Source of the DNA: Thermoplasmata archaeon
GTDB lineage: Archaea > Thermoplasmatota > Thermoplasmata > Thermoplasmatales > GCA-001856825
Length of the DNA: 64,000 bases
Direction: 5' to 3'
Assembly: GCA_023256475.1 (NCBI GenBank)
Contig: JAGDXP010000002.1
Location: 109,747-173,746 of the forward strand
Shown here: positions 23,681-34,101 of the stretch, one piece after another
How positions within the stretch are numbered: the stretch's first letter is position 1
How the letters are laid out: each line of letters starts with the position of its first letter
Translations under genes and position numbers: made by a program
The notes under the pieces: model-generated
Told to the model about the DNA's origin: nothing
The model's input: only the letters and a program-made list of their open reading frames with translations
The model's database searches: none

Positions 23681-24923
23681 TTAATTCACCCAGAGATTCA
23701 AAGGCCCTCTCTATCTCTTTCACATCGTTATACAGATACCATGAGAACCTTATTCCTCCATTTACTCCTAGATATTTGAACAGTGGTTCTGCACAGTGAT
23801 ATCCGCTCCTAGCAAAAACTGATTTATTCCCTAAGAATTCCGCCACATCGTGGGAATGTATGAATTTCCCTGTAATAATGGACTTTGATCGGAGACCTTG
23901 GATTATTTTATCGTAATTTTTTGATTTAAGATTGAATGATATTAAGCCCGATCGCTTTTTGAAATCCTTTGGTCCGTAGTATTCTATAAATTTGTTAGAT
24001 TCCGCCAATTCCAAGGCCTTCTTACCTAGATTTTGTTCATGACTCCTAATATTTTCCATTCCTATTCTCTTCAAATAATCCACGGCTGCTGACAACCCTA
24101 CGGCACCTTCAACGTTTGGAGTTCCTGCTTCGAATTTTACCGGAGGGTCTTCATATATTATTCTTTCCAATGATACACTCTTCACCATTTCGCCACCCTG
24201 CATAAATGGGGGAAGATCTTCCAGCAGTGAATATTTGCCGTATAGAACACCTATACCCATAGGCCCAAGCATTTTATGGCCTGAAAACGCAAGAAAATCT
24301 ATATTGTCATTTATCCTAAATGGTAAATGTGGTATGGATTGGGCGCCATCCACAACAAAGATGGATTCATTTTCCTTTGCCATCTTACCAAGTTCCTCAA
24401 TATTGTTAACAGTTCCGAGAACATTGGAAACATGGGTTAGACTAACTAATTTGACATTCTTCCCAAGCTTTGATTTGAAATCCTCCTCGTCTATATTACC
24501 CTCCTTGTCCAGTTCGGCGAATTTTACCTTGATTCCATGAGATTCCAGTCTCAACCATGGGAGGAGATTGCTGTGGTGTTCCATCCTGCTAATCAATATT
24601 TCATTACCCTTCTGCAATTTGCTCTGCAGGGCATATGAAAGAAAGTTCAATGCCTCCGTGGTATTCCTCATGAAAACTATTTCCTCACTCTTGGCGCCAA
24701 TAAAATCTGCTACATTTTTCCTTGATTTCTCATATATTTCTGTGGCCTCATTGGCTAAGCTATAGATGGATCTGTGTACATTCGCGTTGTAATTTTCATA
24801 GTAATCCTTTATCGCCTCTATCACCTGATAAGGTTTCTGTGAAGTGGCCGCAGAATCCAGATAGATAAAGTTTCTCTTAAATATGGGAAAATCCTTTCTT
24901 ATGGATTCTGAATCCATATTCAT
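23673..24923 (-). CDS. sufS: Cysteine desulfurase SufS (class II aminotransferase V)
   Basis: 416 aa. PLP lysine context FSGHKMLGPMG and active-site region ARSGYHCAEP. Confidence 0.9.
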   Translation of the reverse strand: MNMDSESIRKDFPIFKRNFIYLDSAATSQKPYQVIEAIKDYYENYNANVHRSIYSLANEATEIYEKSRKNVADFIGAKSEEIVFMRNTTEALNFLSYALQSKLQKGNEILISRMEHHSNLLPWLRLESHGIKVKFAELDKEGNIDEEDFKSKLGKNVKLVSLTHVSNVLGTVNNIEELGKMAKENESIFVVDGAQSIPHLPFRINDNIDFLAFSGHKMLGPMGIGVLYGKYSLLEDLPPFMQGGEMVKSVSLERIIYEDPPVKFEAGTPNVEGAVGLSAAVDYLKRIGMENIRSHEQNLGKKALELAESNKFIEYYGPKDFKKRSGLISFNLKSKNYDKIIQGLRSKSIITGKFIHSHDVAEFLGNKSVFARSGYHCAEPLFKYLGVNGGIRFSWYLYNDVKEIERAFESLGELNV

Positions 24924-26065
24924 TCCACTATTTCATCCACCAGAGAAAGGTACTTCTCTTTGATGTTATCTGGTACAGGTTCAATTATTGGATATATGAA
25001 CCCTTCAAGAATCAGCTTCTTTGCCTCCTTCGTTTCTATTCCCCTGGACTCTAGGTATAGAATCTGCTCTTCCGGGATTGAGGATACGGTTTCGCCATGC
25101 TTGGACCTCACATTTCCATTGTATATTTCCAGCGTTGGAATTGCATTACCGACGGCCTCCTTTGATAGTAGCAACAGGTTAGCCATGAGGAAGGATTCTG
25201 TCCCTTTTGATTCTTCATTGATTTTGATGTTACCTCTGAATATAATGGAACTTTTGTTCCCCAGTATACCCTTGAAATTTATGTTATTTCTCTCCATGGG
25301 TTTTTGATGATTCGATAATACTTCCAGGTCAAGATGATTGGTTTTCTTCCCTATTGCTGAGCCGAAATAGTTGGAATCTGAATATTGATCTCTGTGATTC
25401 ATTATTATCTTTGTGATATCTTTCTGTCCGTAAACAGAAAGATGGAAGATCTTAAGGGTGGAATATCTATCCATGAACACATGAAGGTTCAGGTTGTTGA
25501 ATGACGAAAGTGATGAGTCCTCCAGCAGATAAAGTGTTAAATTGGAATTTTCGCCCAACTTAATCACAGAAGAGTTGGATACTGTGGTGTTTGAAGATAT
25601 TATGTAATTTACAATGAAGCTAACCTGGGTGTTGTCACCGATTTCCATGTAATGCCTTGATACATGATTTTCCTCGTTTGTTGAGATTATTTCATACAAT
25701 TTATCTGATGCGAAATTTGAAGGTATCTTTAAAAACATTCCGTCTTTGAATTTAACCTGATTTAAAATTTCCAACTTATTGTCTGACTTGGGAAAGAAGA
25801 GTTCTGCATCGATTTCATCCTCGTGCTCCAATATGCTTCCATATTGAAATTTTTCAGATCCCAGGAACCTGCATGGAGAGCCATTGTGAAGGGTATATCT
25901 GGTTTGCATTCCAGCACATTTCTTGAGGTCAGTTCTGTATAAGGGCAGTATTTCATCTTCTTTGATAGATGTATAATATTTAAATGACGGAGAATCAGGC
26001 TCCCCCCTTAATGGGAGGTTTTCAAGCAGTTTCTCTCTTTCCTTCTTGATGAGTTCAATTTTCAT
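24920..26065 (-). CDS. sufD: Fe-S assembly protein SufD
   Basis: 381 aa, in the operon between sufB and sufS. The C-terminal beta-helix region resembles the SufB/D family (..GETVSSIPEEQILYLESRGI..). Confidence 0.8.
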   Translation of the reverse strand: MKIELIKKEREKLLENLPLRGEPDSPSFKYYTSIKEDEILPLYRTDLKKCAGMQTRYTLHNGSPCRFLGSEKFQYGSILEHEDEIDAELFFPKSDNKLEILNQVKFKDGMFLKIPSNFASDKLYEIISTNEENHVSRHYMEIGDNTQVSFIVNYIISSNTTVSNSSVIKLGENSNLTLYLLEDSSLSSFNNLNLHVFMDRYSTLKIFHLSVYGQKDITKIIMNHRDQYSDSNYFGSAIGKKTNHLDLEVLSNHQKPMERNNINFKGILGNKSSIIFRGNIKINEESKGTESFLMANLLLLSKEAVGNAIPTLEIYNGNVRSKHGETVSSIPEEQILYLESRGIETKEAKKLILEGFIYPIIEPVPDNIKEKYLSLVDEIVE

Positions 26066-27498
26066 CCTACAGCACCCATTTTGCTCATTTCTAACCTTAT
26101 GAGCTTGTTGAATTCTATGGAGTATTCCAAGGGTATTTCCTTTAGAACATCATCTAGGAAGCCAAGCACAATCAGAGATCTGGCATCCTCTTCCCTTATA
26201 CCTCTGCTCATGAGATAGTTAATCTGCTCCTCTGATATCTTTCCCACAGAGGCCTCATGGGAGAATGCTGCAGTATCCTCCAGTATCTCGTTATGTGGAT
26301 AGGTGTTGCTCTTGGATACATCATCCACTATTAGTGCATCGCATTGAACTGAGGACTTGGAATTATATGCACCCTGATTTATCCTTAGTAGCCCCCTGTA
26401 AACTGACATTCCTCCCCTTCCAGATATGCTTTTTGCGACAACCTTGGAACTTGTGTTTGGGGCCGCATGGACAACCTTGGCTCCATTGTCCTTCCATACT
26501 TCACCCATGGCCAGTGCCACATTTAGGTTTGATGTGGATGCATATTCTCCTCTGAGGATTGAAGAAGGATATGTCATGGTTATCTTGGATCCTAAGCTTC
26601 CCTGCACCCATTCCATCCTTGCATTTTCCTCAACCCATGCCCTTTTGGTTGGAAGATTAATGACATTGTCGGACCAGTTTTGTATTGATGTGTATCTAAC
26701 CTTGGAATTCTTCTTGGCATAGACTTCCACGACTGCTGCGTGTAGTGCATATCTGCTGTAAGTGGGGGCAGTGCAACCTTCAATATAATGTACAGATGCG
26801 CCTTCCTCCGCAATTATGAGGGTCCTCTCAAACTGGCCTTCAAGTTCACCATTCATCCTGAAATAAGCCTGAACAGGTAGATCCACATGAACTCCTCTTG
26901 GAATGTAAAGGAATGATCCACCTGACCATACCGCTGTGTTAAGAGCTGCGAATTTATTGTCGCTGGCTGGCACTACCCTCCCAAAGTGTTCCCTTATAAT
27001 GTCCGGATACCTTTGCAGGGCCGAATCCATATCCATAAATATAACTCCCTTTTCTTCCCACTGCTTCTTGATCTTTGAATATACACCTTCAGATTCAAAC
27101 TGTGCAACGGTACCAGCGAGGTATTTCCTTTCCATCTCAGGCACACCAAGCTTGTCGAACGTTTCTTTTATCTCCTTGGGAACCTCATCCCAGCTTGTGG
27201 ATTTCCTCTCCTCGGGCTTTATGTAGTATGTTATTTCATCGAAATTCAGCTCAGATAGATCTGGACCCCACGTTGGCAAAGGTTTGGAATTGAATATCTC
27301 CAGAGCCCTAAGCCTTATGTTCTTCATCCATTCAGGTTCCTTTTTGACCCTGGAAATTTCCTCAACTACTGCCCTAGTTAGTCCCTGCCCTACCTGATAC
27401 ACGGGCTTGATGTTTGTTCTGAAATCGTATTTATCCTTTCTTATCTCAAAATTTTCATCCAACTTTTGCACTTGCCTCACCCCTTCTATAATAATCAT
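26062..27498 (-). CDS. sufB: Fe-S assembly protein SufB
   Basis: 478 aa. Conserved SufB blocks (TAVWSGGSFLYIPRGV, HEASVGKISEEQINYLMSRGI). The annotated start overlaps the sufC 3' end by 44 nt. Confidence 0.95.
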   Translation of the reverse strand: MIIIEGVRQVQKLDENFEIRKDKYDFRTNIKPVYQVGQGLTRAVVEEISRVKKEPEWMKNIRLRALEIFNSKPLPTWGPDLSELNFDEITYYIKPEERKSTSWDEVPKEIKETFDKLGVPEMERKYLAGTVAQFESEGVYSKIKKQWEEKGVIFMDMDSALQRYPDIIREHFGRVVPASDNKFAALNTAVWSGGSFLYIPRGVHVDLPVQAYFRMNGELEGQFERTLIIAEEGASVHYIEGCTAPTYSRYALHAAVVEVYAKKNSKVRYTSIQNWSDNVINLPTKRAWVEENARMEWVQGSLGSKITMTYPSSILRGEYASTSNLNVALAMGEVWKDNGAKVVHAAPNTSSKVVAKSISGRGGMSVYRGLLRINQGAYNSKSSVQCDALIVDDVSKSNTYPHNEILEDTAAFSHEASVGKISEEQINYLMSRGIREEDARSLIVLGFLDDVLKEIPLEYSIEFNKLIRLEMSKMGAVG

Positions 27499-28231
27499 AA
27501 CCGAACTCCTCTATTTTCTTGGCTATCTCAGCCTTACCGCTTTCAACTATTGTCCCATCCACTAGTACATGAATGAAATCAGGAGAAACGTAATCCAGTA
27601 TTCTCTTATAGTGAGTGATTATTAATATACCAGTACCGTTCTCCTTTGCCTTCTTTACGGCCTCCGCCACAATCTTGAGGGCATCTACGTCCAACCCTGA
27701 ATCAATTTCGTCTAGAATCACAAATTTTGGCTTGAAGAGAAGCATCTGCAGTGCCTCCATCCTCTTTTTCTCACCGCCAGACAGGCCATCATTGAGGCTT
27801 CTTTCCACAAACGATTTGTCCAGCCTGAATAATCCCAGCAACTCCTGTACCTGTTCTATGAACTTCTTGTATTCCAGCTTCTCATTGGGATGAAGGGACA
27901 TATAGGCTGTCCTGAGGAAATTTATATATTTCAATCCCTGAACTGCAACCGGTTCCTGGAATGCAAGAAATAATCCCTCCCTTGCCCTCTCGTAAAGCTG
28001 GAGGTCTGTTATATCCTTTCCATTGACCAAAATCCTACCGCTGGTTATTTTGTATTTAGGATTGCCAATTATGGCCTGTGCAAGTGTGCTCTTTCCCGCT
28101 CCGTTTGGACCCATAAGTGCATGAATTTCCCCGCTTTTAATGGTTAAATTTAGAGATTTTAGTATATTCCTTTCACCGACATCAACAGATAGGTTTTCTA
28201 TGTTCAGAACATTGCTTAGCTGGCTTTCCAT
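27455..28231 (-). CDS. sufC: Fe-S assembly ATPase SufC
   Basis: 258 aa. Walker A GPNGAGKST, ABC signature LSGGEKKR, and Walker B FVILDEIDSGLD. Confidence 0.95.
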   Translation of the reverse strand: MESQLSNVLNIENLSVDVGERNILKSLNLTIKSGEIHALMGPNGAGKSTLAQAIIGNPKYKITSGRILVNGKDITDLQLYERAREGLFLAFQEPVAVQGLKYINFLRTAYMSLHPNEKLEYKKFIEQVQELLGLFRLDKSFVERSLNDGLSGGEKKRMEALQMLLFKPKFVILDEIDSGLDVDALKIVAEAVKKAKENGTGILIITHYKRILDYVSPDFIHVLVDGTIVESGKAEIAKKIEEFGYDYYRRGEASAKVG

Positions 28232-28292
28232 TTTTATCTTAGGATAATCTATGATTCATATTTAAACATTTTTTACTGTCTAAAATGATAAA
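28232..28292. promoter_or_regulatory. Divergent promoter/operator region between sufC and the SufR-like regulator gene
   Basis: A 61-bp AT-rich spacer between divergently oriented genes, with TATA-like runs (catatttaaac, taaaatgataaaa). No operator was identified. Confidence 0.3.
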
Positions 28293-28952
28293 ATGTATAT
28301 ACCCTTTGTTAATACAATAATCGTGCTAGATGTACACCTGTTAACAGGTACTAAAAGAGAAATATTGGAAATGCTATTGGATGGGCCTATGACAGCCCTG
28401 GAGATGTCGAAGAAATTAAAGATTCAAATTAATGCTGTTAGGGAACATCTGGCATCACTGGAGAGCAGTGATTTGGTTGCCTACACCTTTGTAAATACTG
28501 GAAAAGGTAGGCCAAAGAAAGTTTATCAGATTACCAAGAAAGGAGCTGATCTGTTCCCTAAAAGGTATGACCTACTATTGAAGATATTCCTTGATCAGCT
28601 GGAATCAGAGATGGGCAAGGAATGGGTAAAATCGTTCCTTGAGAGAGCAGGATCCAATGTAGTTTCAGGAATAAACCCGAAGGCGGGAATTGAAGGGCTT
28701 CTAAATTTTTATAATAGCCTCGGCTGTATGGCAACGGTCTCAACGGAAAATGGAAGCATCGTCATAAAGAGAAGGAATTGCATATATTACAATTTGGCTG
28801 TAGATCATGAAAATTTGGTCTGCGAAAGCTTTGAAGATTCCATATTAAACAAACTCTTTCCATCTTACAGAGTTGTTAAAAAGGATACCGTTAAACCTGG
28901 GAAGTTCGACTGCGAAATAATTATTGAAGAAAAGAGTAGCAAATCAGCATAA
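28293..28952 (+). CDS. wHTH transcriptional regulator with C-terminal 4-Cys domain (SufR-like)
   Basis: 219 aa. ArsR/DeoR-like wHTH (REILEMLLDGPMTALEMSKKLKIQINAVREHL...GRPKKVYQITKKG). Cys at aa 145, 163, 177 and 207. Divergent from the suf operon. The true start may be an internal Met. Confidence 0.6.
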   Translation: MYIPFVNTIIVLDVHLLTGTKREILEMLLDGPMTALEMSKKLKIQINAVREHLASLESSDLVAYTFVNTGKGRPKKVYQITKKGADLFPKRYDLLLKIFLDQLESEMGKEWVKSFLERAGSNVVSGINPKAGIEGLLNFYNSLGCMATVSTENGSIVIKRRNCIYYNLAVDHENLVCESFEDSILNKLFPSYRVVKKDTVKPGKFDCEIIIEEKSSKSA

Positions 28953-29003
28953 AACTTACAATAAATTCATAAAGATTATTTCAGAGAAACATATTATGTA
29001 ATA

Positions 29004-29636
29004 ATGCTTACAATTACAGAAACATTCCTTTCCATAGAGGGTGAGGGGCCATTTATAGGGATTCCAACATTTTTTATCAGACTCACGGGATGCAATCTCA
29101 GGTGCGAATGGTGTGATACAAAGTACTCTTTCTACGGAGGAACTAAGAGGGAAGTCGACGACCTGGTGCAGGAGGCTGTTAGATCAGGGGTAAAATATGT
29201 TTCAATCACAGGAGGAGAGCCATTACTTCAAAAGGATGTTTATCCTTTGATGTATAAGCTCCTTGACCTCGATTTCAAGATTATATTGGAAACCAGTGGT
29301 TCCATATCCATAGAAGAAGTTCCCACAGAGGATAATCTAATTATTTCTATGGACATCAAAACACCATCTTCGAAAATGGTGGAACATAACCTCTACTCCA
29401 ATATAGAACTCCTAGGTAACAAGGATTATTTGAAATTTGTAATTGCAGATGAAAAAGATTTCGATTTTTCAGTTAATATCATAGAAAAATATCCATTTGA
29501 AGGGGAGATAATATTCCAACCTGAGGGTGGAACAAACCTTAAATGGTTGGTAGAAAAGGTTTTAGATAAAAGAATTAATGTAAGAGTGTTGCCCCAGCTT
29601 CACAAGATAATTTGGGGAGATAGGAGGGGAGTATGA
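29004..29636 (+). CDS. queE: 7-carboxy-7-deazaguanine synthase QueE (radical SAM)
   Basis: 210 aa. SIEGEGPFIGIPTFFIRLTGCNLRCEWCDTKYSF is the QueE N-terminal signature. Confidence 0.8.
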   Translation: MLTITETFLSIEGEGPFIGIPTFFIRLTGCNLRCEWCDTKYSFYGGTKREVDDLVQEAVRSGVKYVSITGGEPLLQKDVYPLMYKLLDLDFKIILETSGSISIEEVPTEDNLIISMDIKTPSSKMVEHNLYSNIELLGNKDYLKFVIADEKDFDFSVNIIEKYPFEGEIIFQPEGGTNLKWLVEKVLDKRINVRVLPQLHKIIWGDRRGV

Positions 29637-30247
29637 ATTTTTACGAATACACTGATGAAGAGGGAACTATAGCTGTTAAATTGGCCAGAAAAGCCATTGA
29701 AGAATATGTTGATATAAAGTTAGTGGTTAAGAATAGCTATGGAGGAAAGTTTGTTGAGAAGAGAGGTGTTTTCACAACTATTAACAAGACAAATGGAGAA
29801 TTGCGAGGTTGCATAGGTTTTCCTGAGCCTATATATCCCTTGGGAGAGGCAATAATCAAGAGTGCCATAGCTGCAGCCGTGGAAGATCCTCGTTTCCCAC
29901 CTGTCACAAAGAAGGAACTTGACGAAATAGTTGTGGAAGTTTCTCTCCTCACCAAGCCTATTCCGGTTATTGTTGAAGATAGATCAAAACTCCCAGAAAA
30001 GATAATAGTGGGTACTCACGGATTGATAGCAAGCTCAGGGCCATTCAGTGGGCTTCTTCTCCCACAGGTGGCTGTTGAGGAGAAAATGGATTCGAGGGAA
30101 TTTTTGGATGCAGTCTGCTGGAAAGCGGGAATGGAGAAGGGATGCTGGAAGGATAAGGATGTGGAGATAAAAACCTTCACCGCTGAAATATTCTATGAAG
30201 TGGAACCCAACGGACCTGTGTTCAGAAAATTATTGGAGAATGGATAA
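29633..30247 (+). CDS. AMMECR1-domain protein
   Basis: 204 aa. LRGCIGFPEP and DPRFPPV motifs of AMMECR1. 4-nt overlap with queE. Confidence 0.85.
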   Translation: MNFYEYTDEEGTIAVKLARKAIEEYVDIKLVVKNSYGGKFVEKRGVFTTINKTNGELRGCIGFPEPIYPLGEAIIKSAIAAAVEDPRFPPVTKKELDEIVVEVSLLTKPIPVIVEDRSKLPEKIIVGTHGLIASSGPFSGLLLPQVAVEEKMDSREFLDAVCWKAGMEKGCWKDKDVEIKTFTAEIFYEVEPNGPVFRKLLENG

Positions 30248-30249
30248 AA

Positions 30250-31488
30250 TTGACGGACTATTTCCGTGGTAAATTTTTCATTGACGGCGAATTCAAAGAA
30301 AGATATGTTGAAGTGGAAAATGGGAAAATCAAAAGCATCAGTATAGAAAAGGGGAATGGGAAGGTCAAGGCACTGGATGGCTTGGTTTTACCAGCAGGAG
30401 TAGACATTCACGTGCATTTCAGAGATCCAGGAGAGGAGAGCAAAGAAGATTTTTACTCTGGGTCTAAAAGTGCAATTTATGGAGGAACCTCCACAGTGGC
30501 CGATATGCCCAATAATATTAAACCCATAAATTCTCAGGAAGTATTCAATGAGAAATTAAAGGCTATTACTGGGAGAAGCTTTGCAGATTTCGCATTGTAT
30601 CAGCTTCCCATTGGAAAAGAAATTCAGGGTGCCATAGGGCAGAAGATATTCATGGGTAAATCCACAGGTGGCATAATTTCAGATGTAACTAAAATAATCA
30701 ATGATGAGAGAGTTAAAGTGTTCCATGCTGAGAACCAATTATGCCTGGACAAATATAAGATAGACGATAAAGACCTTAAGTCACACGATAATTCAAGGCC
30801 ATTGGAATGCGAAATTGAAGCCGTGGAGAGCATTTCGGGTCTATGGCTGAACAACGTGCTCATTGCACATGCAACATCCAGAACAGTTGCAGAAGTTGCC
30901 AATTCCTTTGGCTTCAAGGTTGAAGTCACACCACATCATCTTCTTTTGAATAGAGAAATGAAATTGGGACCTCTGGGTAAAGTTAACCCGCCCCTTCGCA
31001 AGAGGATAATACAGGAAGATCTTTTGAATTATCTTTCCAAAGGTCTCGTCCATGTGGTCTCTTCTGATCATGCACCGCACACGCTTGAAGAAAAGGAAGT
31101 ATTCGAGAGTGCCCCCTCTGGAATGCCTGGTGTTGAAACAAGGCTTCCATTGATTTTGATGTTATCCAAGAGAGGCATCATTAGTCTGGACTACGCAGTG
31201 AAATTACTTTCCACAAATCCTGCTCAAACATTAGGTATATCTAAGGGTAAAATAGCACCTGGATACGATGCGGACTTCATAATCACTGATCTTGAGGAAG
31301 AACCAATAAAAAATGAGAATCTCCATTATAAATGCGGATGGACAACTTTTGAAGGTTTTAATGGAATATTCCCCAACGATCTAATACTCAGGGGGGAAGA
31401 AATAATGGTTGAAAGGGAGATAGTGGAGCAACCTAGGGGTGAATTCCTAAGTGGGGAGAAGAGAAGAGGCAAAAATAATCAAGAATAG
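30250..31488 (+). CDS. pyrC: Dihydroorotase (cyclic amidohydrolase family)
   Basis: 412 aa. Metal ligands DIHVHFRDPG and SSDHAPH, plus ADMPN. Non-ATG (TTG) start in the ORF track. Confidence 0.75.
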   Translation: MTDYFRGKFFIDGEFKERYVEVENGKIKSISIEKGNGKVKALDGLVLPAGVDIHVHFRDPGEESKEDFYSGSKSAIYGGTSTVADMPNNIKPINSQEVFNEKLKAITGRSFADFALYQLPIGKEIQGAIGQKIFMGKSTGGIISDVTKIINDERVKVFHAENQLCLDKYKIDDKDLKSHDNSRPLECEIEAVESISGLWLNNVLIAHATSRTVAEVANSFGFKVEVTPHHLLLNREMKLGPLGKVNPPLRKRIIQEDLLNYLSKGLVHVVSSDHAPHTLEEKEVFESAPSGMPGVETRLPLILMLSKRGIISLDYAVKLLSTNPAQTLGISKGKIAPGYDADFIITDLEEEPIKNENLHYKCGWTTFEGFNGIFPNDLILRGEEIMVEREIVEQPRGEFLSGEKRRGKNNQE

Positions 31489-31780
31489 AATGAATGAACT
31501 TTTCAAGCTGGCAATTATGGATGATAAGAATGGGTTAACAGAGTATTCCCATATAAAATATGATTTGATTTTCAAATATTCAACAAAGTACAGGGTCAGA
31601 AGACCAGAGGAATTTAAGGTCTGGGTCTGCAGAAAATGCAGGTATTCTATAATACCCAATGGGGGTTCGATTAGATTGAAAAGATCAACTCTAATAGTCA
31701 GGTGTGGTAGATGTGGATATATAAGGAGATATAAGATAAATCATTCTTCAATTGTTTCTGCGCTAAACAGCACATTGTAG
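31451..31780 (+). CDS. rnp4: RNase P protein component 4 (Rpp21/Rpr2)
   Basis: 109 aa. Helical N-terminus plus zinc ribbon CRKCRYSI...RCGRCGYIRRY. Confidence 0.8.
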   Translation: MGRREEAKIIKNRMNELFKLAIMDDKNGLTEYSHIKYDLIFKYSTKYRVRRPEEFKVWVCRKCRYSIIPNGGSIRLKRSTLIVRCGRCGYIRRYKINHSSIVSALNSTL

Positions 31781-31974
31781 CCCTGCAAGGTTGTATATAC
31801 CTTATCAAGCAGGGATATTGCGTCCTCTACATTTGCGTGATTTCCCCATTCATAGACCATATCTCTGCTACCAGTTATGGGTTTGAATCCCAGGGATCTT
31901 AGCCTTGTTAGTATCTCCGATGGGCGCTCCCCCTCGGAACTAAAGATAATGGTCAGGTATGTTTTTCTCCCCAT
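31741..31974 (-). CDS. Hypothetical small protein
   Basis: 77 aa, ATG start, with composition like real genes in this window. Its 3' end overlaps rnp4 by 40 nt. No family recognised. Confidence 0.35.
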   Translation of the reverse strand: MGRKTYLTIIFSSEGERPSEILTRLRSLGFKPITGSRDMVYEWGNHANVEDAISLLDKVYTTLQGYNVLFSAETIEE

Positions 31975-32032
31975 GCGGGTTAATATAGTATTCTTATAAA
32001 TCCTTTTTTAAATTTCCTAAATTAATACTAAC

Positions 32033-32998
32033 TTATTCATCGTCATCCAGATCCACTAAATTTACCAAACCAAGACCAATGGAAGGGTTGTCTGTGATAA
32101 TATATCTGGTAAGTGACCTGTGCACAAATATTTCAGCTGCTAATATTGGGGAAAGGTATTCGTTTGCCAATTCATAGATTTCCCTGTTAGGGAGAGCCAT
32201 GGAATAATGGTAATTTCCCCTGATTATTATACTAAATAAATCCTGATATAATCTGGTCCTTGTTTCTGAAAAGACCTTCGAACCCCTTCCATAGGGAGGA
32301 TCGGTGACAATGGCATCAAAGTTGTATTCACCAATCTGTGAGAAGTCACCGGGCCTCACAGTGTAATCGTTAAAACCGTAGTATTTCATATTTTCAATAA
32401 CCCCGTTTACCATTTTAACACTCAGATCTATTCCAATGGCCTTTATTCCCATCCTTTGTGCCTCGGATAAGAATGTTCCTGTACCGGCAAACGGATCTAT
32501 TATTGTTCCGCCCGTTTTTACGCCAGAGATATTTATCATGGCCCTTGCTAATAAAGGATTTATGCTAGATGGATGATTGAAGGGTCTCCTCTTGAATGAT
32601 CTGACTATTTCAGACACGTCCCTTTCGTATATTAGCTCACCCATGACGAAGCCATCGGAATTGGTCAACAGCAGATAGATATCCTCCGGATTTTCTAGAT
32701 CTACTTTGCCCGGAATATGCTTTGCTACCTCCTTAATTCTAGATTCTGAATCATCCAATATCTTCTCGATTATTTTGTATCTTTTTTCCCTGCTAGGATT
32801 TGGGAATAACTTTGCAATGTACTTGGTAAAAGTGACTCTTCTTACTATTTCTTCTATGGATTTGGCTCTGAAAAATACAACTCTATTTTCAATTTTATCT
32901 ATCTGCCCTTCCGATAACGCTACCAAAGATTTCAGCTCTGATACTCCCAAAGAAGTTTGGTCTCCGGTAATAAGGGCGATATATTGCACACATCCCAA
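32033..32998 (-). CDS. THUMP-domain tRNA (guanine-N2)-methyltransferase (Trm-G10/Trm11-like)
   Basis: 321 aa. SAM motif IDPFAGTGTF and catalytic VTDPPYGR, with an N-terminal THUMP-like region. Confidence 0.7.
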   Translation of the reverse strand: MGCVQYIALITGDQTSLGVSELKSLVALSEGQIDKIENRVVFFRAKSIEEIVRRVTFTKYIAKLFPNPSREKRYKIIEKILDDSESRIKEVAKHIPGKVDLENPEDIYLLLTNSDGFVMGELIYERDVSEIVRSFKRRPFNHPSSINPLLARAMINISGVKTGGTIIDPFAGTGTFLSEAQRMGIKAIGIDLSVKMVNGVIENMKYYGFNDYTVRPGDFSQIGEYNFDAIVTDPPYGRGSKVFSETRTRLYQDLFSIIIRGNYHYSMALPNREIYELANEYLSPILAAEIFVHRSLTRYIITDNPSIGLGLVNLVDLDDDE

Positions 32999-33043
32999 TT
33001 CTATTATGATTAATTTATTTAACCGGTAGGCATATAGATCTGA

Positions 33044-34042
33044 ATGGTAAGGTACAAGGATGCAGGCGTGGACTTTGATGCTATAGGGAAATTCAGGAAT
33101 ACGTTGATTTCAAAACTAAATCTCCATGGAAATTGGAAGATACCAATAGGCATAGGGCATTATGCTGGATTAATTGAATTGGGAAACTACTACCTTGCAT
33201 TGCATACTGACGGAATCGGCACCAAGACCCTTCTGGCACTAAAATACAGGTATTTTAAAGAGCTGGGTTTTGACCTAGTTGGCATGAATGTTAATGATCT
33301 TCTAGCCATGAATATAGAGCCCATAGCCATGGTGGACTACATCTCATCCTCCATATTCGATCTGGATTTGGCTAGTGATCTGGGTGAGTCCTTGGATCAA
33401 GCATTAGCCCAGGCTAAAATATCCATAATAGGGGGAGAGACTGCCTCGGTGCCAGATATTGTTAATGGTATTGATATTGCGGGCACAGTACTTGGGATAG
33501 TTGAGAAGGAAAAATTGGTTGATGGCTCCAGAGTGAGTGAAGGGGATGTAATAATTGGCATTGAAAGCAGTGGTTTCCACTCAAATGGTTATTCTTTAAT
33601 CAGGAAAATCCTAGAGGATAATCCGGGATTAGATCATGAAATTTTCAATGGAGAAGAACTCTGGAAACTACTACTAAGGGGTACAAGAATTTACCGCGAT
33701 TTAATCTTGGAAATAAATGAAAAGTATAAAATAAAGGGTATGGCACATATTACAGGAGGTGGGTTCAGAAATATTCTGAGACTGAAGAAGATGCTCTATA
33801 AGTTCCATATAAATTACGAAATTCCCACAATATTCCATGAAATCATTAGGGTTGGAAATATTGACTATCAGGAAGCCTTCCAGACTTTCAATATGGGAAT
33901 AGGATTTATGATGATTCTGGAAAAGGAAGAATCCAGAAAATTGTTGCATGAATTCAATGATTTTATTGAAATTGGAGAGGTAAAAGATGGGAATGGAATT
34001 ACAATTGAACCCTACAGTATTAAGTACGAGAGCTATTACTGA
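33044..34042 (+). CDS. purM: Phosphoribosylformylglycinamidine cyclo-ligase (AIR synthetase)
   Basis: 332 aa. YKDAGVD, LHTDGIGTK and VNDLLAMN motifs of PurM. Confidence 0.9.
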   Translation: MVRYKDAGVDFDAIGKFRNTLISKLNLHGNWKIPIGIGHYAGLIELGNYYLALHTDGIGTKTLLALKYRYFKELGFDLVGMNVNDLLAMNIEPIAMVDYISSSIFDLDLASDLGESLDQALAQAKISIIGGETASVPDIVNGIDIAGTVLGIVEKEKLVDGSRVSEGDVIIGIESSGFHSNGYSLIRKILEDNPGLDHEIFNGEELWKLLLRGTRIYRDLILEINEKYKIKGMAHITGGGFRNILRLKKMLYKFHINYEIPTIFHEIIRVGNIDYQEAFQTFNMGIGFMMILEKEESRKLLHEFNDFIEIGEVKDGNGITIEPYSIKYESYY

Positions 34043-34101
34043 GTTCTCGGTAACATTTATTATGAGCTTCCTGATAAAGGGATAAATTTAAGGGTGGTTA
34101 A

